Below, piece after piece: positions 26,491 to 30,940 of a DNA stretch of 30,940 nucleotides. Location of the stretch: NCBI GenBank assembly GCA_028719205.1, contig JAQUKH010000030.1:1-30940 (forward strand). Direction: 5' to 3'. The stretch comes from a bacterium. Lineage in GTDB: Bacteria; JACRDZ01; JAQUKH01. Within the stretch, counting starts at the first letter, position 1; every line of letters begins with the position of its first letter. The notes beneath the pieces were generated by a model. The model saw only the letters and a program-made list of their open reading frames with translations. It was not told the DNA's origin and searched no databases. Made by a program: the position numbers and the translations under genes.

Positions 26491-26751
26491 CTATACTAAA
26501 GGTTCAATCTTTTTAAGTTCGTCTTTCCTTTCAACCAATTCCCAATCTTCCAGTAATTCTTCACGATGCAGAAAAGCCCATTCTAAAACAAGTGAAATTA
26601 TTCTTTTTGGTAAGTCACCTTCAATAAGCTTTAATTCATTTATAGAAAAAGATGCTCTGAATTCACCATACTTAGCATGAAAATGCGGTGGTGTATGTTC
26701 ATTATAATACATCGAAATTATTATTCCTAAAAATCTGGAGATTTCTGGCAT
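26491..26751 (-). CDS. DUF4160-family small protein (partner of DUF2442; TA-like pair)
   Basis: 86 aa. MPEISRFLGIIISMYYNEHTPPHFHAKYGEFRASFSINEL...LPKRIISLVLEWAFLHREELLEDWE matches DUF4160 (MP.is.F.Gi.I.my..dH.PPHfHa.Y). Confidence 0.7.
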   Translation of the reverse strand: MPEISRFLGIIISMYYNEHTPPHFHAKYGEFRASFSINELKLIEGDLPKRIISLVLEWAFLHREELLEDWELVERKDELKKIEPLV

Positions 26752-26847
26752 TAATCTTCCTTTCTGCTGAAATTATATCATATTTTATATATTTGTTATT
26801 CAGATTTTATAAAAGTTCAAATAGTTGGGATTGTTCCTAAATTTTAT

Positions 26848-26906
26848 TTTTAACGAATAAATCAGCGGTGCCGCTATGCGGTATCCGCTGCATGATGTTG
26901 TTAAAA
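26848..26906 (-). repeat. integron attC-like recombination site (59 bp)
   Basis: R'' TTTTAAC (plus 26900-26906) and R' GTTAAAA (plus 26848-26854). The centre is cagcgg-tgccg-ctatg-cggta-T-ccgctg with one inner-stem mismatch and a bulged T. The site starts 90 nt after the stop of the upstream ORF. Confidence 0.65.
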
Positions 26907-26995
26907 TCTTATTTTTTATATCTTCCCTTTTTGTTTATCGATGAAATAAAAGAGGGGTTAGGAAAGTTTAAATAGTTAAGAGCGTCCCCTATCTC

Positions 26996-27733
26996 TCAAT
27001 TGGATATAGATAAAGTTTTTGTTCTTGTTGGAGTAACAGAATCATTTTCATAAATTTCAATTGTTTTAGTATATGGACCGTCCCAGAAGGAAATATTCAT
27101 ATCATTATTTTTCGATTCTGATATAAAAACTCCTGTCGCTCCAAACATTCCTCCTATATTATTAGGATCATATTCAATCCAGCCTAAAGGATCCTTCGCC
27201 CAAATATCTTCTGAAGTTAATATAACTACTTTTAACTTAGCTCCCTCAATAAGTTCAGCTCTCAAACTATATGATTTACGAGTTATGATGTTAATTGAGT
27301 TTTCTCCTAAGATATTATTTCCGTAAATGCCTGTTTCAGGATAAGTAATGCCGGAAGTACCTGCTCCTTTAATAGTAAAAGTATAAAGGTTTTCGTCTAA
27401 ATCGTTATTTTTTATAAGTATGGAGGCAGTTTGTTCTTCTTTATTTTTAGGATTATAATTGATACTAAAAGTTTGCCTTGCGCCTAATGGAATAATCATT
27501 GAAGAAGGTTGAGTCAAAGTGAATACATTGCTATCACTTGTTAAAGTTATGTTGTCGCTTATTATTAAGTCATTATTGCCATTATTCTCTATCGTAAAAG
27601 TTATTGTCGTACTTTGATTAATTTTAATACTTCCGAAGTCATAAATTCCGCCTGAAGATATATCAGTATTCCCTACCTTCAGGATTAGTTAGTTTTGCAC
27701 CAGTGTTTTCATCTACATTCGTATTTGGGTACA
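26996..27733 (-). pseudogene. disrupted cassette ORF encoding an Ig-like/ASH-like beta-sandwich domain (in-frame TAA at 27689-27691)
   Basis: The ORF track gives only a TTG-initiated 173-aa ORF (26996..27517). The same frame reads on upstream without ATG or GTG as ...LILKVGNTDISSGGIYDFGSIKINQSTTITFTIENNGNNDLIISDNITLTSDSNVFTLTQPSS..., so the domain begins before the called start. An in-frame TAA follows MYPNTNVDENTGAK (ATG at 27733). The gene looks nonsense-interrupted. Confidence 0.4.
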
Positions 27734-27832
27734 TTGATCCTGAGGTTATTAGAAAAATTGAAAATCAATACCACCCCCCACCCGTGTTTAGTTAATTTTG
27801 TCATATGAATATTCCCTTTTTTATTTTTCTAT

Positions 27833-27889
27833 TTTTAACATTTGAGCTCAGGCGTGCCGTTAGGCGTCGCTTGAAGCGATTCGTTAAAA
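27833..27889 (-). repeat. integron attC-like recombination site (57 bp, slightly degenerate)
   Basis: R'' TTTTAAC (plus 27883-27889) and R' GTTAAAA (plus 27833-27839). The centre is caggcg-tgcc-gtta-ggcg-T-cgcttg with two stem mismatches. The bulged T is retained. Confidence 0.6.
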
Positions 27890-27956
27890 TCTTAATCTGT
27901 AAATCTTTTTTTGGTGTACTAATTCAATTCTGTTATCGAGCTGCTCCTTAAGTATG

Positions 27957-28385
27957 TTAGTTTCTTCCCATTTCAATTAGAAGAAATATATTCCCTTCTT
28001 TATCTTCTACATATCTCCAAAATGGCGATTTGAAATGAATTGAGGCCGCAACTACTTCTTGTTGCTTATATCCTTCAGCACTTGCTCGAACAATAAATTG
28101 TCTTTCTCCTATGTCTGGACATTTACTTAAGAAGAATTTCCATGGGATTCTGAATTTACCTTTTTTATCAATTTTAAAAGTATATGTTTTTGTATTTTCC
28201 TTAACAAGAAATCCTTTTTCATGGATTTCTAAAACAATTTTAGCATCAATTATAGGTTCGTTATTATCTTTACTTACAATTTGCCCATAAATTGTTTTGG
28301 TAAAATTTTGTTCACAACCAGATATAGAGAAAACAATTATAAAAAATATTAATAATTGTAAATAGATACTAATTTTATTATTCAT
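27957..28385 (-). CDS. cassette-encoded lipoprotein, hypothetical
   Basis: Start is placed at ATG 28385 (MNNKISIYLQLLIFFIIVFSISGC, a lipobox), 11 nt after attC R' GTTAAAT. The ORF-track start at 28460 would read 25 extra residues out of the attC-like element. Confidence 0.55.
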   Translation of the reverse strand: MNNKISIYLQLLIFFIIVFSISGCEQNFTKTIYGQIVSKDNNEPIIDAKIVLEIHEKGFLVKENTKTYTFKIDKKGKFRIPWKFFLSKCPDIGERQFIVRASAEGYKQQEVVAASIHFKSPFWRYVEDKEGNIFLLIEMGRN

Positions 28386-28396
28386 AGATATTTTCA

Positions 28397-28622
28397 ATTT
28401 AACAGCGAGTTGAGCGAAATTGAACTGGACTGGCATGCTTGCATGCCAAGACCAGGGCAATTTGCGCTCGAACGATTTGTTCGACCGCGCGAATCAGCGC
28501 GCGGTCGGACTAATCGGGCGAGTGCGTACGCGCAACTCGCTGTTCGGGCGCGCGCAGCGCGGCCGAACGCCCGAAACTCAGCCGCGCCGTACTCGGCGTC
28601 GGCTGGAGTGCACTTGTTAAAA
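28397..28622 (-). repeat. atypical long (226 bp) attC-like site with about 165-bp GC-rich structured insert
   Basis: Canonical ends: R'' TTTTAAC (plus 28616-28622) and R' GTTAAAT (plus 28397-28403). The R''-proximal arm is cagccg-cgccg-tact-cggcg-T-cggctg, a perfect stem with a bulged T. Between the arms lies very GC-rich sequence with perfect hairpins: gaccgcgcg-aatcag-cgcgcggtc, ggcatgc-tt-gcatgcc, and cgggcg...cgcccg. Confidence 0.6.
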
Positions 28623-28659
28623 TCTTAAATTGTAAAAGTATCTCACAAATTTAAAGAGC

Positions 28660-28878
28660 CTAGATATTTTTTAGTATTTCTTCAGCAGAATAAAAATGAG
28701 CTTTTTTATTTTTTTCTTTTATTTCAAATGTTTCAATCTCTTTCCTGTCTACCAGATTTTCGTACATCTCTATCATTGATTTCTTTAACAGTTTTGAACG
28801 GTCTTCGTCGTAATAAGTTTCTAATTTTTTTAAAACTTTTTCTTCATATGGATTAAATCTTACAGATATTACAGCCAT
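28660..28878 (-). CDS. ribbon-helix-helix antitoxin (DUF6290-like)
   Basis: 72 aa. MAVISVRFNPYEEKVLKKLETYYDEDRSKLLKKSMIEMYENLVD matches the DUF6290/RHH pattern (M.tisiRlneeEeklik.yA...g.s.Sefir.a.le.iEd). It overlaps the 3' end of the RelE-like gene by 10 nt. Confidence 0.6.
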   Translation of the reverse strand: MAVISVRFNPYEEKVLKKLETYYDEDRSKLLKKSMIEMYENLVDRKEIETFEIKEKNKKAHFYSAEEILKNI

Positions 28879-29138
28879 TGTTTATAAACCTCCTCTCGTT
28901 TTGCTATACTGATAATGAAGTAATCCTCATTTTCAATGTAGAATATCGCTCTGAACTTGTTTTTTCTCATTCTATAATATGTCCGTGCTTCATTTGATTT
29001 TAATCGCTTTATATCAAATAAGTTCAGATCTTTTGTTGTTTCCAAGGCAATAAATGCGTGATGAAATAATTGAAAAACCTCTTTAGGTATTTTTCCTTTC
29101 TTTAAATTCCGTAATACTTCATCTTCGTATTTAATCAT
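28869..29138 (-). CDS. RelE/ParE-family type II toxin
   Basis: 89 aa. ...IKRLKSNEARTYYRMRKNKFRAIFYIENEDYFIISIAKREEVYK matches the RelE core (l.g...g.yelRvg.yRiiY.i.d....il.i.hRkdvY). The toxin precedes its antitoxin, a higBA-like order. Confidence 0.7.
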   Translation of the reverse strand: MIKYEDEVLRNLKKGKIPKEVFQLFHHAFIALETTKDLNLFDIKRLKSNEARTYYRMRKNKFRAIFYIENEDYFIISIAKREEVYKQWL

Positions 29139-29144
29139 GTATAC

Positions 29145-29173
29145 ATTGTAATACTTATATTTATTTTTGTCAA
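29145..29173 (-). promoter_or_regulatory. cassette-internal promoter TTGACA-N17-TACAAT, 6 nt upstream of the RelE-like ATG (leaderless-type)
   Basis: Minus strand: TTGACA (plus 29168-29173), 17 nt, TACAAT (plus 29145-29150), then gtatac and the ATG at 29138. Same architecture as the brnTA cassette promoter. Confidence 0.5.
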
Positions 29174-29219
29174 GTTGTTTTTCGATAGGTGGGGAAGAAT
29201 TTAGTTATTTTATTCTTAT

Positions 29220-29279
29220 TTTTAACGTTGAAAACTCAGGCGCCGCCATAGGCGGTCGCCTGAAGTGCCCTTGTTAAAA
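29220..29279 (-). repeat. integron attC-like recombination site (60 bp)
   Basis: R'' TTTTAAC (plus 29273-29279), 2 nt after the ParE-like stop, and R' GTTAAAA (plus 29220-29226). The centre is caggcg-ccgcc-ata-ggcgg-T-cgcctg, perfect stems with a bulged T. Confidence 0.7.
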
Positions 29280-29281
29280 TT

Positions 29282-29575
29282 TTAATTTATTCTATCAGCC
29301 CAATAGTTAGGTTTTCTGTGTAAATGTGCAAATGCAAGAACAACAATTATGTCATTTTGTATTGAATAAATTATTTTATAGGGAAATTTATGAACTAAAT
29401 ATTTTCTGGTTTCTTTACGCTCAGGTGGCCATGCAAGAGGGAATTGCTGGATATGAAGAAGTGATTGCTCAATTTTATTTTCAAATTTGGTGCCTAAACC
29501 GGTTTGTTCTATTTCATAAAACTCTTTAGCCTCATTAAATTCAAATTGGGCAATTTTAAGAATTCTTATTTCCAT
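29282..29575 (-). CDS. ParE/RelE-family type II toxin
   Basis: 97 aa. ...QQFPLAWPPERKETRKYLVHKFPYKIIYSIQNDIIVVLAFAHLHRKPNYWADR matches the ParE C-terminal core (fPy.iiY.i.d..i.il.v.H..r.p.yw). Confidence 0.7.
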   Translation of the reverse strand: MEIRILKIAQFEFNEAKEFYEIEQTGLGTKFENKIEQSLLHIQQFPLAWPPERKETRKYLVHKFPYKIIYSIQNDIIVVLAFAHLHRKPNYWADRIN

Positions 29576-29577
29576 AG

Positions 29578-29787
29578 TTATTTTTTGGTAAACATTTCCT
29601 CAAGAGAAACAGTTTTTAATTTCCCAGCTTTATAGGCTTTCAGTCTTTTTTCTGCTTCATCTGCCCAAATTTTTTCAATTTCAGGATCTGGGACATCAAG
29701 ACTTTTCATTAACGCTTCAATAACTATGGATTTTTCCGCTGGTTTAAGATTTAATGCTTTTGATATTATTTGTTTTGTTGGTGACAT
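29578..29787 (-). CDS. putative addiction-module antitoxin (TIGR02574-like component)
   Basis: 69 aa. LKPAEKSIVIEALMKSLDVPDPEIEKIWADEAEKRLKAYKAGKLKTVSLEEM matches the TIGR02574 pattern (L...eR..L...Ll.SL......i...W..Ea.rR......G). It lies 2 nt upstream of the ParE-like gene. AAGAGG ribosome binding site. A possible TATAAT sits at plus 29823-29828 (minus strand). Confidence 0.65.
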   Translation of the reverse strand: MSPTKQIISKALNLKPAEKSIVIEALMKSLDVPDPEIEKIWADEAEKRLKAYKAGKLKTVSLEEMFTKK

Positions 29788-29868
29788 AATTTATACCTCT
29801 TAAATATATTTATTTCTTCTGAATTATAGCACAAAATATCTTAATATATTAATTTTTCTAATTTTCAT

Positions 29869-29927
29869 TTTTAACGCCGGAAATCACTGGCGGGCTACTG
29901 CCCGTCCAGTGCATTGAAATGTTGGGA
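29869..29927 (-). repeat. integron attC-like recombination site (59 bp)
   Basis: R'' TCCCAAC (plus 29921-29927), 8 nt after the ParE stop, and R' GTTAAAA (plus 29869-29875). The centre is cactgg-cgggc-tact-gcccg-T-ccagtg. It has the same outer stem as the 25.5 kb site but a compensatorily changed inner stem (cgggc/gcccg vs cggcg/cgccg). Confidence 0.7.
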
Positions 29928-29935
29928 ATCTTAAT

Positions 29936-30232
29936 TTATTTTATATAATTTTTTAATTCCATTGCGCCATGGAAGACACCAAGAATATCTATTCTCTGCG
30001 GATCATTAATTAAGTAAGCAATTCTATAATGTGTATAGTATATTACTCTCACATTTTCCTTGTTTATATCTTGGTATATCCCGCCAATTTCTGGGAATAG
30101 TTTTAATATTTGCGCTTTTTCACGTATTTTTGCTACGACATTTTTTGCTGCTCTGGGATTGTCTAGTGTGATGTAATCATGAATGTTTTTTAAGCAGGAT
30201 TTTGCTTCATCGGTCCAGTTCAATTTTACCAT
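29936..30232 (-). CDS. ParE/RelE-family type II toxin
   Basis: 98 aa. MVKLNWTDEAKSCLKNIHDYITLDNPRAAKNVVAKIREKAQILKLFPEIGG...VRVIYYTHYRIAYLINDPQRIDILGVFHGAMEL matches the ParE pattern (W...A..dl..i..yi...np.aA......i......L..fP..G...........Y.i.Y.i......v.il.v.H). Confidence 0.7.
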   Translation of the reverse strand: MVKLNWTDEAKSCLKNIHDYITLDNPRAAKNVVAKIREKAQILKLFPEIGGIYQDINKENVRVIYYTHYRIAYLINDPQRIDILGVFHGAMELKNYIK

Positions 30233-30405
30233 TTTTCAATTTCTCTACCCAAATCTTCATCGGATGTAATTTTATTTAATTGAGAATCCCTGATTCCTCT
30301 TTCAACCATACGTTTAAACAGTAATTCCTTTATAAGTTCATCGTATGAAACATCATCAGGCAGGTCATCTATTATTTTTTTAGCATTATCTTTTATTGAT
30401 AACAT
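30226..30405 (-). CDS. small antitoxin-position protein (59 aa) overlapping the ParE start; not in the ORF track
   Basis: Manual translation of the minus strand gives MLSIKDNAKKIIDDLPDDVSYDELIKELLFKRMVERGIRDSQLNKITSDEDLGREIEKW*. An AGGAG ribosome binding site lies 5 nt upstream of ATG 30405. The stop TAA overlaps the ParE ATG (AAATGGTAA), which is classic toxin-antitoxin coupling. Confidence 0.55.
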   Translation of the reverse strand: MLSIKDNAKKIIDDLPDDVSYDELIKELLFKRMVERGIRDSQLNKITSDEDLGREIEKW

Positions 30406-30461
30406 ATTTAGCTCCTTTCCTATGCTTATATTTTACCATAGTAAGGCAATTATTTTTGGAT

Positions 30462-30839
30462 TTATTTTTTATTCAAGGGAAAAATTTTATCGAAAATATT
30501 ATTATATGACAAATAAATGTTAAGGTGTTTTTTAAATATTTGCTTAGACTTATCAATTTGTTCACTGAACCAAATAATTTCTTTATCTATTTCTTCGTGT
30601 GTTGCAATCTTATCTTTATTGGGACCTTCTAGGATTTGTCTTTGTTTGCGAAGATTTAAACCATGTTTAAAAATTTCATTAATATAATCTGATATCTCTT
30701 GGCTTTCGAATAAAAAATCTGCCTCCGAAACAGAGTTTCGAAACCCGATAAGGTCGTTTAAGTCAGGCCGGTCATTTACAAAAGAAATACTTAATATCTT
30801 CTTAATTTCTTCGTAGATTTTAAGTCGTCGTTCATACAC
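30462..30839 (-). CDS. hypothetical protein (GTG start; first visible cassette ORF)
   Basis: 125 aa. The frame is closed upstream by TGA, so GTG at 30839 is the first usable start. No recognisable family. No attC-like site separates it from the downstream antitoxin/ParE pair. Confidence 0.4.
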   Translation of the reverse strand: MYERRLKIYEEIKKILSISFVNDRPDLNDLIGFRNSVSEADFLFESQEISDYINEIFKHGLNLRKQRQILEGPNKDKIATHEEIDKEIIWFSEQIDKSKQIFKKHLNIYLSYNNIFDKIFPLNKK

Positions 30840-30940
30840 TGCAGCTTTTGTTCAGAACCTTCGCCGTATGCTTCGGCATTTATTATCACCTGATGTTTTT
30901 TATCAGCCACCGCTATTCCATTATAGCCTTGTATTACTCC

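Noticed and set aside
28386-28460. Longer 167-aa start for the cassette lipoprotein (MPWSWHASMPVQFNFAQLAVKLKIS...)
   Set aside because: The extension is read from the attC-like element. The ATG at 28385 gives a clean lipoprotein signal peptide directly after R'.
28397-28622. Group IIC-attC intron inside the long attC-like site
   Set aside because: The element is only 226 bp. There are no intron domain V/VI signatures and no reverse-transcriptase ORF. It is far too short even for an ORF-less group II intron.
28410-28628. 72-aa and 66-aa Arg/Ala-rich plus-strand ORFs
   Set aside because: They lie wholly inside the GC-rich attC-like element. The open frames are a by-product of the high GC. No ribosome binding site.
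25041-29927. Regularly spaced GC-rich repeats considered as a CRISPR array
   Set aside because: Repeats are 0.4-1 kb apart, not identical, and individually palindromic with covarying stems. The intervening DNA encodes full ORFs with ribosome binding sites. No cas genes are present.
25041-29927. Same repeats considered as REP/BIME or MITE elements
   Set aside because: Every copy sits immediately 3' of a same-strand ORF in one orientation. Each is bounded by inverse-complementary RYYYAAC/GTTRRRY-type cores and carries a conserved bulged base. This fits attC better than REP. A genome-wide census is still needed to exclude REP completely.
1-30940. tRNA / rRNA / tmRNA genes
   Set aside because: No cloverleaf-like GC-rich 70-90 nt segments with T-loop GTTCRANYC were seen in intergenic regions. 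The GC-rich islands are all accounted for by the palindromic repeats.

Overview
This is a 31 kb AT-rich bacterial chromosomal segment with Shine-Dalgarno-type ribosome binding sites; no rRNA, tRNA, CRISPR array or transposase gene was recognised. Left end, about 1-2.1 kb: a minus-strand replication module with a DnaD-domain protein and a DnaI/DnaC-like zinc-ribbon AAA+ helicase loader, followed by a truncated secreted protein. About 2-13.4 kb: a locus of secreted or surface proteins. It holds a TPR protein, a cohesin-like lipoprotein next to an 884-aa CLCA-like zincin protease with a VWA domain and a C-terminal dockerin, an Ig-like lipoprotein, and a 1101-aa membrane-anchored K/E-rich coiled-coil protein. 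About 13.6-24 kb is mostly housekeeping. A Phd/YefM antitoxin is separated by a GC-rich structured insert from a RelE-type toxin and an XRE regulator. Then come MazG, PIN-PhoH (PhoH2), an SPFH protein, an amino-acid ABC transporter, DUF167, an MFS transporter, a MoxR ATPase, YicC and Gmk. The right-hand 6-7 kb (about 25.0 kb to beyond 30.9 kb) is what I consider the key signal: an integron-type gene-cassette array on the minus strand. Small same-orientation ORFs, five of them toxin-antitoxin pairs, are each followed within 1-90 nt of the stop codon by a 57-60 bp GC-rich imperfect palindrome. These palindromes are bounded by inverse core sites (TTTTAAC or GCCTAAC ... GTTAAAA or GTTAGAA). They share a conserved bulged T, and their stems covary: cactgg/ccagtg, caggcg/cgcctg, cagccg/cggctg and cagcgg/ccgctg. 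These are the hallmarks of attC recombination sites. No integrase lies in the window. Cassette orientation predicts attI and intI beyond the right edge, and the array ends next to gmk.
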